DNA of 64,000 bases from Nitrospira sp. (GTDB lineage Bacteria; Nitrospirota; Nitrospiria; Nitrospirales; Nitrospiraceae): contig AP038806.1 of the NCBI GenBank assembly GCA_047150005.1, positions 480,001-544,000 of the forward strand, in the 5' to 3' direction. The notes beneath the pieces are model-generated. The model was not told the origin of the DNA, ran no database searches, and saw only the letters and a list, made by a program, of their open reading frames with translations. This document shows, one piece after another, positions 19,799 through 29,495 of this stretch. Both the position numbers and the translations under genes were made by a program. Every line of letters starts with the position of its first letter. Position 1 is the stretch's first letter.

Positions 19799-21004
19799 TC
19801 ATGCGCCAACTTTCATCAGGTCCACCACATAGCCTGCAAACGGCGCGGAGGAGGTAAAGGCCGGTGACACGGCATTGAGGACATGCGTGGACCGAGGCCC
19901 CGGCTCGACCACAAAATCGTTCAGCAGCTCCGTGGTCGCGGTATCGACTAATTGTGCGCGGATCCCCGGCTCTTTTCCCGGCAACAGATCGCGCAACTCA
20001 AACCCCACAGCCAGGCGCTCCGCCTCCCGGTAGAAACCGGAACGCGAGAGCTTCGCCAGTTCCTTCCAGGCGATGGATCGAAAATGGTCTCGGTTTCTGC
20101 CAAAAAGCCGGAGCAAATACGTGATCATGGCGAGGCCGTCCGCCACGTTCGCGCCGGCCAACCCACGGTATTGCTCTCGCCCGAGTAACGGCAACGCCGA
20201 CGGGCCGACCGTTACTTCTCCCTCGGGTCGGCGAGTGAAATGCACGCCCAAAAACGGATTCCTGAGGTCCGGTACGGGATAAATGTTTCCCCGCACCTTG
20301 ACCATCGATTCCCGCCTCAGGCGGTAAAACTGTCCCCGAAACGGAAGGATTCGATACTGCCGCCCCACGCCGAACTGATGAGCGATCTTGTCTGCATACA
20401 AGCCCGCGCAGTTGACGATATGCCCATAGGCGATGCGTCCATGAGAGGTGATCGCCACGTTGTTGTCCTCACACCCGTGCCAGGTGCAGCCTAACCGGAA
20501 TTCGACTCCGTCCTGCTTGGCGTCTTCAACCAGCGCGTCCATCACGCCCTGCGGATTCACGACGGCTGTGTCTTTCACGTACAGCGCCTGTTCAAACGTC
20601 CTCGCGCAGGGCTCAATGTCCTTGAGCGACCGGCCATCTATCAGCTCCGCACGAACACCGTTTGCCTCCGACCGTGCATGGAGCTCGCGCAGTGTCGGCA
20701 ATTCCTCAGCGCTCCGCGCAACAATGACTTTCCCGTTTTCGTTCAGGGGAATCTGTTTTCTCTTGCAATACTCACGCATCCGTCTGTTGCCTTCGACACA
20801 CAGACGGGCCTTCAGTGTTCCGGCCTTGTAATAGACACCTGCGTGAAGCACGCCGCTGTTTCTTCCACTGGCATGCAGCCCCATGGAGCGTTCCTTCTCA
20901 ACCACCATCACCTGGGCGCGATGGCGTCGACGTAGCTCCAGAGCAATCGACACACCGATGACTCCTCCGCCGATCACCACAAAGTCACATACTGCCGCGG
21001 CCAT
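19799..21004 (-). CDS. lhgO: L-2-hydroxyglutarate oxidase-family FAD oxidoreductase
   Basis: [33 protein letters not shown] motifs. Confidence 0.88.
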   Translation of the reverse strand: MAAAVCDFVVIGGGVIGVSIALELRRRHRAQVMVVEKERSMGLHASGRNSGVLHAGVYYKAGTLKARLCVEGNRRMREYCKRKQIPLNENGKVIVARSAEELPTLRELHARSEANGVRAELIDGRSLKDIEPCARTFEQALYVKDTAVVNPQGVMDALVEDAKQDGVEFRLGCTWHGCEDNNVAITSHGRIAYGHIVNCAGLYADKIAHQFGVGRQYRILPFRGQFYRLRRESMVKVRGNIYPVPDLRNPFLGVHFTRRPEGEVTVGPSALPLLGREQYRGLAGANVADGLAMITYLLRLFGRNRDHFRSIAWKELAKLSRSGFYREAERLAVGFELRDLLPGKEPGIRAQLVDTATTELLNDFVVEPGPRSTHVLNAVSPAFTSSAPFAGYVVDLMKVGA

Positions 21005-21032
21005 CAGCCTAGCGACTCTCCATGCCGACCCA

Positions 21033-21563
21033 TTACGCGGGCACCACATCCTGGATGTCGATTTCCACGGCCGCAGCCTGCTGAATGAGGCGGACACCCA
21101 GGATGAGGCGATGCCGCTTTTCTTTGCGCAACAGTATTCCTCTGACGCCTGTGAGCGGACCGCGGATCACCTCGACCGTCATGCCCTCGTGCAGATAGGG
21201 ATGCGGATCGTAGGGCAATACGCTGGCCATCAAGGTTTGCAGCGCGCTGATCTCCTCGTCGGGAATCGGCTCCGGCTGGACGCCCCTGCCCACGATATCC
21301 ACGACGCCGACCGTCTTGAGCACCGGAAGCTTTTGCTCGGAGGCGAACCGCACGAAGCAGTATCCCGAGAACAGCGGTACCTCGATTTCCTTCTTGCGGT
21401 CCTTCCATTGGCTCAGGCGGCGGACCGTCGGCAGCAAGGGCTCGATGCCCTGCCCGTTGAGCTGATCGCGCACCAGCTTTTCATGACGCGACCTAGTGCG
21501 CAACGCGTACCAGCGGGACCGCCCCGCCCCGCGATTCGTCGCTCCGCTAGACGTGCGCGACAT
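21033..21563 (-). CDS. UpxY/NusG-family transcription antiterminator
   Basis: WYALRTRSRHEK, PLFSGYCFV, KOW motif (VIRGPLTG). Confidence 0.92.
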   Translation of the reverse strand: MSRTSSGATNRGAGRSRWYALRTRSRHEKLVRDQLNGQGIEPLLPTVRRLSQWKDRKKEIEVPLFSGYCFVRFASEQKLPVLKTVGVVDIVGRGVQPEPIPDEEISALQTLMASVLPYDPHPYLHEGMTVEVIRGPLTGVRGILLRKEKRHRLILGVRLIQQAAAVEIDIQDVVPA

Positions 21564-22167
21564 CCGCCTGCGCCTTTCTCTGAGACGTTAAGACCAGCCT
21601 CATCACCTTGTCGGGTGATACGCCGCACCCGATCAACCTCGCCTCGTGCACGGAGGCGCGGTCGAGGTCCGCGATCAGCACCTTGTCGAATTTCCATCGG
21701 CTGATCGCTTCCGGAAAGCAAACCGGATAGGAGAGGAACGACTCCCGCCGCTCGTCGTCGAGAAACCCCACGCACGTCCCGTCCATCTCGCGCAACGAGA
21801 GATAGGCCAGCTCGGCCAGCTCACCCGTGCCGAAAATGACGAATCGCTGTCCTCGAACCCCATCGGGCGCCGTCAACATTTCCTTCAACCGCGTCCTGAT
21901 GTCGCGGTAATACGACAAGGAAAAATCCATATATTGATAGGTGAGACGCGTTTTTTCGGCGAATCCCTGTGCGGTCAAGAGGTAGCGGATTTGATTACGC
22001 GGGATCGTCGCGATCTTGATGTAGCCCTTTCGGGTAAGACGCTTTAGATAAAGGTTGGTCAGACCTAAGGCGACACCGAGTTTGCTCGCTAAGCTACGCT
22101 GAGTCGCTCGGCCGTTACGGTCCAGCTCATTCAGCAGTAACAGCTCGCGTTGTCCCTGTAAGTCCAT
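21547..22167 (-). CDS. EPS-associated MarR-type winged-helix regulator
   Basis: TQRSLASKLGVALGLTN...YLLT; C-terminal Rossmann-like IFGTGELA. Confidence 0.88.
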   Translation of the reverse strand: MDLQGQRELLLLNELDRNGRATQRSLASKLGVALGLTNLYLKRLTRKGYIKIATIPRNQIRYLLTAQGFAEKTRLTYQYMDFSLSYYRDIRTRLKEMLTAPDGVRGQRFVIFGTGELAELAYLSLREMDGTCVGFLDDERRESFLSYPVCFPEAISRWKFDKVLIADLDRASVHEARLIGCGVSPDKVMRLVLTSQRKAQADVAHV

Positions 22168-22193
22168 GAGTTATACGGTTAAATTGCCTTGGC

Positions 22194-22228
22194 GTTCACA
22201 ATATGAACAAAACGGGCAGACCTGTCAA
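22194..22228 (-). promoter_or_regulatory. Sigma70-type promoter with overlapping palindromic operator upstream of the MarR-type gene
   Basis: TTGACA-17 nt-CATATT on the minus strand; palindrome GTTCA-CAATA-TGAAC at 22194-22208. Confidence 0.6.
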
Positions 22229-22486
22229 GCCGATTTCTGCCGGCCCGACCCCTTACGGCTTTCTCGGTTCCAAAGAAATGCGGGAGCTTTCGCTGGAATG
22301 CATCCTCTACGAGCTAGGTATGCCAGGAGAGTCAGTCTTCTGTCTCAAGGCGTACCGCGTCATCCCAGTGCCGTATCTCAGATGACCGGCGATCAACGCC
22401 ATGGGCCTGGCCCTCAAGCGATCGGAGAGAATCTGCGGGGTGCTGACGCTTGCCCATACTAACAGGGGCACGATTCTACGCATCCG

Positions 22487-23173
22487 TTACTCATGCCAGC
22501 CGATCACATACTCATCCCGAAGCTTTCGGAAAGAATCCTTTGACCCGAACAACCGATATAAAAAGAGGCGACGGATCCGAGATATCTTTTTCTTGAACGG
22601 AACGGCGCCGCTGGCTTCCCTCATCGACCGCTCCAACTCCACACGGAACCGTCCGGTTAGCGCCTCGATATTTTCCGGTGCAGCCTTGAATGCGATTCCA
22701 AAGACCACAAACGGGTTGTAGGAGAGCCCTTGATAGCCGACAATCTTGGTTGGAAAACGGTCGAGCAGTCTTGCAAAGGCCTCCGGAGTGAAGCGCCAAT
22801 AGTCGCTCGGGTACGCATGAATACCGCAATCCATGTGAGAGGTTACAATGAGGGCCCCCTTGTCCGACAGCACTCCTTCAGCCTCATGAAAAGCATCGAA
22901 TACACGAAAAATATGTTCAACCGTCGAGACCATGATGACTGTACCGATGGAGCCGTTCTTTATCCCCAAGCGTGTCGCATCCGCGACACAATCTACGCCA
23001 GGACCAGACGCAAAATCAGATCCAATATATTTTCTGCCAGGAAACAACGGCCGTAGATCCTGATAGGGGTTTCCACCCTCCTGAAGCTGATGAGATCCGA
23101 TTTCGAGAACCGGATCATGACAATCGAATATTTTCACGAACACCTGGACCAACAAGCGATCGAGCAGGGTCAC
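22487..23173 (-). CDS. Class I SAM methyltransferase (type 11-like), lower GC
   Basis: VLEIGS, GPGVD, VEHI, HAYPSDYWRFT motifs. Confidence 0.85.
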   Translation of the reverse strand: MTLLDRLLVQVFVKIFDCHDPVLEIGSHQLQEGGNPYQDLRPLFPGRKYIGSDFASGPGVDCVADATRLGIKNGSIGTVIMVSTVEHIFRVFDAFHEAEGVLSDKGALIVTSHMDCGIHAYPSDYWRFTPEAFARLLDRFPTKIVGYQGLSYNPFVVFGIAFKAAPENIEALTGRFRVELERSMREASGAVPFKKKISRIRRLFLYRLFGSKDSFRKLRDEYVIGWHE

Positions 23174-23305
23174 TTAATCACCCCCCCTATGTTGTCCCAA
23201 ACATCCTTCCTGCCAACCCAAGAGAAAACCAGTATGGTCGAGGCACAGCAGTACGCATTGCGGCATCATAATTCAACAATGAGGTTGTCAGCGCAGAGCG
23301 CCATT

Positions 23306-24331
23306 CTACATCCTCTTATTCAATCGATCCACTGCCGACATGACCTCGTCAACCGAGATTAGCCTCATGCAATTCTGCTCTCCTCGATCACACGTCGGAT
23401 GAAAACAAGCACGGCAATCCAGTCCCTTGTACAGTACGGCCGCGGCGCCGCCGCGCGGCCCCCATTCCTTCGGGTCGGAGGGCCCGAACAGGGCGACGAT
23501 CGGCGTCCCGACCGCGGCAGCCACGTGCATGGCACCGCTGTCGTTTCCGACGAACAACGAGGCCCGCTTGAGCACCGCGGCATAGGTCCGCATGTCCGCC
23601 TGCCCGGCCAGATTGACCGGACGATCGGCGGCCGTACCGCAGATCCGCTCGGCAAGGTCGAATTCCTGCCGGCTTCCTCCGATCAGGACCTGATAGCCAT
23701 ACTGCTCTGCAAGCCGATCGGCCAGTGCGGCGAACCGCTCCCAAGGCCAGGCTTTGAACCAGTAGCGCGCACCTGGTTGCAACATGGCCAGCGGCTTCTT
23801 TTCGTCGACCCCCTGACGGGTTAATAAGTCCGCGGCGCGCCGCTCTTCCTCCGGGGCGAGCCAGAGGCGAGGCGTCGTGCGGTCGGCAACGATGTTCAAC
23901 GGAGCCAGCGACGCGAGATCCCGCTCGATACGATGCGACCCCGGTTCGCCGCGTACCACCACGGTATAACAGCGCCCGCGGAGGCGTCCTTCGTCGTTGA
24001 ATCCGACACGCACCGGTGCGCCGGTCATCCGGCTCAACCAGGCGGACCGATCCGCATCGGTCAAATCGATGACGAAATCGAATCGCCTCCGTCGAAGCTC
24101 GCGCAGGAAACGCCACTGGGCAAGGATCGCCCCTCGCTCGAGCGGCAGCACGTCGTCCACGTGCGGATTGCCGGCCAGCATGGCCTCGGTTCCCCGATTC
24201 ACCACCACGGTGAGCCTGGCCGAGGGATGGGCGGCCTTCAATGCTTCAAGAGTCGGCGTCGCCAGCAACACGTCTCCCAGATAGCGCAATTTGATGACGA
24301 GGATGTTGCGGGGCGACATAGTCACGGCCAT
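23306..24331 (-). CDS. GT9 LPS heptosyltransferase (RfaQ-like)
   Basis: KLRYLGDVLL, FVGNDSGAMH motifs. Confidence 0.9.
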   Translation of the reverse strand: MAVTMSPRNILVIKLRYLGDVLLATPTLEALKAAHPSARLTVVVNRGTEAMLAGNPHVDDVLPLERGAILAQWRFLRELRRRRFDFVIDLTDADRSAWLSRMTGAPVRVGFNDEGRLRGRCYTVVVRGEPGSHRIERDLASLAPLNIVADRTTPRLWLAPEEERRAADLLTRQGVDEKKPLAMLQPGARYWFKAWPWERFAALADRLAEQYGYQVLIGGSRQEFDLAERICGTAADRPVNLAGQADMRTYAAVLKRASLFVGNDSGAMHVAAAVGTPIVALFGPSDPKEWGPRGGAAAVLYKGLDCRACFHPTCDRGEQNCMRLISVDEVMSAVDRLNKRM

Positions 24332-24337
24332 GGTTTA

Positions 24338-24548
24338 GCCCGCATTATTCATGAAGGTTCGTGACGAAACGGCGGAGACGCCACGCGAGACGGGCGCGTG
24401 GAGCCCCAAGAGGCCGAGACGTACTTGAAACAGTACGTTGAGACCGCGCGGGGCGAGCCCGCCCGCCTGGCCGTGTACAAGCCACGGCCAGGCTTGTCGC
24501 AGCGGCGTATACGCAGTTGCAGTAGAATCTTTCATGAATGATGCGGGC
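24338..24548. mobile_element. 211-bp MITE with 18-bp terminal inverted repeats and TA target duplication
   Basis: GCCCGCATTATTCATGAA...TTCATGAATGATGCGGGC (17/18 match); flanked by TA at 24336-24337 and 24549-24550; internal hairpins. Confidence 0.8.
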
Positions 24549-25663
24549 TAGAAGACCCGTTCCCGACAGAGTCGCCGATACAAGTCCAACGTCTTGGCCG
24601 CAGCTGACCGCCAGGACAACTGCTTCACGCGCGCGAACCCCTTGGCCGTGAGCGAGGCTCGTAGCGACGCATCCTTCAACAGGGAGACCATCGCCTCTCC
24701 CAGCGAGCGGGCGTCCTCCGGATCGACCAGCAGCGCCGCATCGCCCGCCGCCTCGGCAACGCCGGTCGTGCGGGACGTGATGACGGGAGTCCCGCAGGCC
24801 ATCGCTTCGAGAACCGGCATGCCGAATCCCTCGTAGAGCGACGGAAAGACGAACTGGTCCGCGTAGGTATAGAGCAACCGGAGGTCCGCCCGGCCCAGGC
24901 GGCCGGGACAACAGACCTGAGCCGTGAGCCCATATTCCTTCGCCGACTCATGGTAGGAGCCGAACGCGTGATCGGTCGAGCCGACCAGCAGCAGGCTGTG
25001 CCCCTGCAACGGCCGCCGCATCAGGCTTGCCGCTTCGAGAAACCGCCGATGGTTCTTGCGCGGGTCCGCGCCCCCGATGAAGAGCAGATAGGGTTTGTCC
25101 GGGAGCCGGATTCTCGTCCGCAACTCGGCCATCGCCCGATCGTCCCGGCGCACCGCACAATCGTCGGCGACCCCGTTCGGAATCACGGCAAGCCGCTCAC
25201 GCGGCACCAGATAGAGTTCGCTCAGCTCGCGCGCGGAGAAATCCGATACCGTGACGACCATCCTGGCACGCCGCGCGGTGCGCCTGGCCTTCATCGAGGC
25301 CAGCCGCTGGCCCAGCACCTTGGTCGAGTATTGCGGAAACCGTTCCAGCCAGAGATCGTGAATCGTCACGATGCCTCCATGCCGCCCGACCGTGTGAAGC
25401 TTGAAATTGGTGCCATGATAGAGGTCCAGCCGGTCCAGCCATCCGCGCCACCGCATCGCCCACTTCGCCGATTCGACCCACGTGATCCGGCCTCCGGCCC
25501 GCCAGGACCGCACGTCTTCCGGAAGGACCGAACCGGGCCGCAGGTACCCGATAAACTCGACGTCATCTGAGCCGGTCAGCATGGCCTCCAGCAGATAGTA
25601 GGTGTGCCAGCCGACCCCGCCGCGGTCGCCGACGATGGGGCTCGCATCAATGCCGATCCGCAC
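24548..25663 (-). CDS. GT4 glycosyltransferase
   Basis: IGIDASP, TIHDL, PRKN, FPSLYEGFGMPVLEAM; GTG start with GGAGG. Confidence 0.9.
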   Translation of the reverse strand: MRIGIDASPIVGDRGGVGWHTYYLLEAMLTGSDDVEFIGYLRPGSVLPEDVRSWRAGGRITWVESAKWAMRWRGWLDRLDLYHGTNFKLHTVGRHGGIVTIHDLWLERFPQYSTKVLGQRLASMKARRTARRARMVVTVSDFSARELSELYLVPRERLAVIPNGVADDCAVRRDDRAMAELRTRIRLPDKPYLLFIGGADPRKNHRRFLEAASLMRRPLQGHSLLLVGSTDHAFGSYHESAKEYGLTAQVCCPGRLGRADLRLLYTYADQFVFPSLYEGFGMPVLEAMACGTPVITSRTTGVAEAAGDAALLVDPEDARSLGEAMVSLLKDASLRASLTAKGFARVKQLSWRSAAAKTLDLYRRLCRERVF

Positions 25664-26813
25664 CCGGGCCTCCCCCATGTTCGGCTGCCGCTTCACGATA
25701 CAGCCGCTCGAGATCCGCAACCGTCCGGGCCAGATCGAAGCGCTCCCGCGCGCGGGAGCGCCCTTTCGCGCCCATCCGCGCGCGTCTCGCCTCATCTCGC
25801 AACAACTCGATGACCGCCTCCCGCAGCCGGTCCGGATCGCCCGGCGAGACCAAGAGTCCCGTCTCTCCATGTTCGACCACTTCCGGCACCCCGCCGGTTC
25901 TGGTCGCGATCACAGCCTTCCCGGCCGCCATGGCTTCGACCAGCGCGATGCCGAATCCTTCCATAAGAGCCGGATGCACGTAGAGGTCGAGCGCGTCGAG
26001 AAAGGGCCGGACCGGATTTTGAAACCCGACCATGTGAACCCGCTCGGCAATCCCCAGTCCAATGGCCAAGGCGCGCAGCGACCCGGCGTAGCCGGGCTCC
26101 GCGGTTCCGGCCAACAGATAATGAACGTCGGGATGAACCGCGAGAATGCCGGGGAGCGCCCGCAACATCACGTCGTACCCTTTACGCGGAAACAGATTGG
26201 CCGCCGTGCCGAGCAGCACAGCGGAGTCCGGAACGCCCAGCCGACGGCGGACCGCCGTTCTGTCCAATCGTCCGCTTGCTCCTGTCGCTTCGACCGGACG
26301 AGAGAAATCAATCCCGCTGTAGACCGTGCGCAGCCGCCGGGCTTCCACTCCACCGGCTCTCAGCGATGCGGCCACCTGATCGGAGATGGCGATGACCCGA
26401 TCGATCCGGTCGAGCTCGTAGCGGCGCACCTTATCAGGCTCGATCTCCTGGCGCACGTGGGCAACGACCGGCGGAGACACCACGGCCCCTCGGAGCGCGC
26501 CGAGCGTGTGCGGCACCCACCAGATGTCGTTGACGTGCACGAGAGCCGGGCGCAGGCGATCCACCACGTCGCGCAGCCGGCTCACGCTCCGCCACCGTAT
26601 GAGGGAAGAGAACCATTTTCGCCAGGGGACCAGTGCGAGCGGATGTACGGCGAGATCGGCCTGCTCCAGCAGGGCTCGGAAGGGTCCCTCCGGAGGACAG
26701 ACCACATGAGGGTCCCAGGCACGCCGATCGAGCCGAGCCAGAAACGCGAGCAAGTCGTGCTCCGCGCCGCCGACGGCGCCGACGCCGTGGATGTACAGAA
26801 TTCGCCGAGCCAC
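25647..26813 (-). CDS. GT4 glycosyltransferase
   Basis: GGAEHDL, EGFGIALVEAM motifs. Confidence 0.9.
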   Translation of the reverse strand: MARRILYIHGVGAVGGAEHDLLAFLARLDRRAWDPHVVCPPEGPFRALLEQADLAVHPLALVPWRKWFSSLIRWRSVSRLRDVVDRLRPALVHVNDIWWVPHTLGALRGAVVSPPVVAHVRQEIEPDKVRRYELDRIDRVIAISDQVAASLRAGGVEARRLRTVYSGIDFSRPVEATGASGRLDRTAVRRRLGVPDSAVLLGTAANLFPRKGYDVMLRALPGILAVHPDVHYLLAGTAEPGYAGSLRALAIGLGIAERVHMVGFQNPVRPFLDALDLYVHPALMEGFGIALVEAMAAGKAVIATRTGGVPEVVEHGETGLLVSPGDPDRLREAVIELLRDEARRARMGAKGRSRARERFDLARTVADLERLYREAAAEHGGGPGADRH

Positions 26814-27589
26814 TAGGCGGGACCCCGAGAAGCCGTGGGCGTTCTCGTCGCATCCCACAGCTTCGCGTACTTGACGAAGGTGTACATGCTGGCGAAGAGG
26901 CACACGATCAACCCGCGGACTCCGTCCCGGTAGCCTCGCTTGAGCAGATAGGTCTTGAGGAACACGACCAGCGGACGAGCCAAGAGGTCCCGGTGACGCA
27001 CGGTCCGGACCGTCTTGCCCTTTTCGCGCGCGGCCAGCGTCGTATAGAGACCGAACTTCCGGAAGTGGTCGTCGATACGACGCTCGGTCTGGTGCTCGAA
27101 GGGCTGGATCAGCTTTCCGATTGCTCCGCGCACGATCAGATTTTCATGCACCGGCACGTCGTTGTAGGCCGCCGTTCCCTTGCGGACCAAACGGATCTGA
27201 TAGTCGGGATACAGGCCGGCGTGGCGAACCCAGGCGCCGTAGTAGAAATTCCTCCGAGGGATCTCGTAGGCGACCGGATCTTCGTCCTTCCACCGGCTCA
27301 GAAGCGAGCGGATCTCCTCTGCGAGTAGAACCGGAACCCGCTCGTCCGCGTCGACGATGAGGATCCAATCGGACGCGGCCCGCTCCATGCCGAAGTTCTT
27401 CTGGGGCCCGAAGCCGGGCCAGGGCCGCACCACCACGTCGGCGCCGGCGGCGCGTGCCAACTCGACCGTCCGGTCCGTGCTTTCCGCATCGATGACGAGG
27501 CGCTCCGAGGCCCAGTCGAGCGACGCGAGGCAATCGGAGATGTTGGCTTCCTCGTTCTTGGTAATGATCAGCGCGGTCACGGTCGGCAC
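26813..27589 (-). CDS. GT2 glycosyltransferase (WaaE/LgtF-like)
   Basis: IITKNEE, DADE, YPDYQIRL motifs. Confidence 0.9.
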   Translation of the reverse strand: MPTVTALIITKNEEANISDCLASLDWASERLVIDAESTDRTVELARAAGADVVVRPWPGFGPQKNFGMERAASDWILIVDADERVPVLLAEEIRSLLSRWKDEDPVAYEIPRRNFYYGAWVRHAGLYPDYQIRLVRKGTAAYNDVPVHENLIVRGAIGKLIQPFEHQTERRIDDHFRKFGLYTTLAAREKGKTVRTVRHRDLLARPLVVFLKTYLLKRGYRDGVRGLIVCLFASMYTFVKYAKLWDATRTPTASRGPA

Positions 27590-27607
27590 GGGCTGCTCCT
27601 CTCGCGA

Positions 27608-28609
27608 TCACGACAGACGGGACGCAGCCGGCGGGCCCAGCCTGGCGAACTGCCGGCGATACCGTTCGACCACCAGCTGCGGCGGCATCCAGAGCCGCCG
27701 CCACGCGCTCAGCCGATCGAGCTCCAGCGCGAGCTTTTTGAACGGCTTGCGGAGACGGCGGGTGACGGATTCCCGGAGGCCGGAACGCGCGAAATCCTCC
27801 GGCTTGCACCAGAGATCGGCCTGCTCGCGCTTGTCCCATTTCTGATCGATCGACCACCGTTCGTGTGTACAGGCGAACGGCTCCCGCTTGCTCTTGACCG
27901 TCGCACGGATGAAATGATGCACGAACGTGGCGCCGAGCACCATGCACCGGCGCAGGTCTCCGGTGGTGAGCTCCCGCTTGCGCAACGTGTAGTAGAGATC
28001 CCAGTCCGCCGCCTGCACACGCTCGTCGAGCCCGCCGATTTTCTCGTAGGCCGACCGGCGGATCATGACGCAGGACCCGACGATGCCCTCGAAGACCGTG
28101 TCGGAGAAAGCTCGATGCACTTCCTCGCAATAGCGTTCCCAATCTCCGTACATCACCTGCACCATCGTGCGGAGCCGATCGAGCGGCTTGCCGCTGGACA
28201 GGCGCCCCTGGCCGATGGCGGCCCAGCGCCCCTGCATCCAATCGGTCAAGGCCGGGCTGGGCATCATCTCCAACCCCAGCGGCGACGCCACGTCGAGCCC
28301 ATGACGGTCCATGGCCTCGACCAGCCGACCGTTCCATCCGGGGGCAACGTACAGATCGTTATTGATGTGGCACAACAGGTCGCCCCGCGCCGCGCGCGAG
28401 CCGAGGTTCATCGACTCCGGATAACAGAGGTTCCGGTCGTTGCGGATCACCCGGCATCCGCCCGCCTCGAAAAATTCGGCGGAGCCGTCCGTCGAGTGGT
28501 TGTCGATGACAATCACCTCGTAAGGACCGGTCGTGTAGGCCTTCACGCCCTCCAGGAAGAGCTGGTTGTGGCCCAGCTGGTTGTGCACGGCGACGATGAT
28601 GCTCAGCAT
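27608..28609 (-). CDS. GT2 glycosyltransferase
   Basis: SIIVAVHN, IDNHSTDG, INNDL motifs. Confidence 0.88.
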   Translation of the reverse strand: MLSIIVAVHNQLGHNQLFLEGVKAYTTGPYEVIVIDNHSTDGSAEFFEAGGCRVIRNDRNLCYPESMNLGSRAARGDLLCHINNDLYVAPGWNGRLVEAMDRHGLDVASPLGLEMMPSPALTDWMQGRWAAIGQGRLSSGKPLDRLRTMVQVMYGDWERYCEEVHRAFSDTVFEGIVGSCVMIRRSAYEKIGGLDERVQAADWDLYYTLRKRELTTGDLRRCMVLGATFVHHFIRATVKSKREPFACTHERWSIDQKWDKREQADLWCKPEDFARSGLRESVTRRLRKPFKKLALELDRLSAWRRLWMPPQLVVERYRRQFARLGPPAASRLS

Positions 28610-28624
28610 GGCGTTAACATCCGG

Positions 28625-29470
28625 CTAGCCCCGGAATCCCCGCTTCAGCACCTCGCGGTAGAACCGCGGGGTCAGCCACCGGCTCCGGCGCTCAGCCCAG
28701 CGCTTGGCCCCGCGGATCCGGTCCTGCATCACGGCCGGATGCCGGCCCGAGAATTCCTTGAGGACCGCATAGTCGTCGAATCGGAAGGCGTCCTGCCGGT
28801 AGAGCCCGGCCTGGTCCGCCGGGGGACTGTCCCCGTGATGGCGGCTGATCTGGTCCTTGACCTTCTCCAGCATCACCTTCGGATCCTTGACCCAGCCGTA
28901 GTGAAAAATCCGCGCGCCGGACCAGGCGAGCCATTCCTTGGGGCCGCTCTGCAAATACTGTTGCGTCGGCTTGAAGTGAAACCCCACGGCATCGCCGCAG
29001 GACTCGACCTCGCCGTTGTTCCGGATGACCCGCACCGCCTTGTGATAGAACCAGGGATTCGTGGACCAGTAGTCGGCCACGAAATGCAGATAGCGGAAGA
29101 GGAGTCCCTTGACCGCCGTGTGGCCCAACTCGCGGTGCATGGCGTCTTGAAGCACAAGCAGGTCGTCCTCGTGCATGACTTCATCGGCCTGCATGTAGAG
29201 CGCCCAATCGCCCTTGCAGCGGGCGAGCGCGATGTTCGTCTGCTGCGAATAGATCAGCCCGTCCTTGCGCAGCGTCTCGTCCCAGACCGATTCGACGATT
29301 TTGACCTTGGGATCGCCGAGGGAACGGATCAATTCGAGCGTGCCGTCGTCGCAGCGCCCGACGTTCACGATGAACTCGTCGCAGATCGGCAGCACGGAGC
29401 GGATGGACTCCACCACCGGGTAGTCGTACTTCACCGCATTGCGACAAAACGTGAAGCCGCTGACTCTCAT
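28625..29470 (-). CDS. GT2-like glycosyltransferase
   Basis: VSGFTFCRNA, YPVVESI, QADE, FHYGWVK motifs. Confidence 0.88.
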   Translation of the reverse strand: MRVSGFTFCRNAVKYDYPVVESIRSVLPICDEFIVNVGRCDDGTLELIRSLGDPKVKIVESVWDETLRKDGLIYSQQTNIALARCKGDWALYMQADEVMHEDDLLVLQDAMHRELGHTAVKGLLFRYLHFVADYWSTNPWFYHKAVRVIRNNGEVESCGDAVGFHFKPTQQYLQSGPKEWLAWSGARIFHYGWVKDPKVMLEKVKDQISRHHGDSPPADQAGLYRQDAFRFDDYAVLKEFSGRHPAVMQDRIRGAKRWAERRSRWLTPRFYREVLKRGFRG

Positions 29471-29472
29471 GA

Positions 29473-29492
29473 CAGGTTCAGGTTCAGGTTCA
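29473..29492. repeat. Hexamer microsatellite (CAGGTT)x3 filling a short intergenic gap
   Basis: Read directly from the sequence. Confidence 0.7.
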
Positions 29493-29495
29493 ATC

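Noticed and set aside
22300..22470. Minus-strand peptide ALIAGHLRYGTGMTR resembling the integron integrase LLYGTGMR motif
   Set aside because: Too short and imperfect; no other integrase motifs or attC sites seen.
24335..24535. 66-aa ORF in the intergenic region
   Set aside because: Lies entirely within the MITE and has no coding signature.
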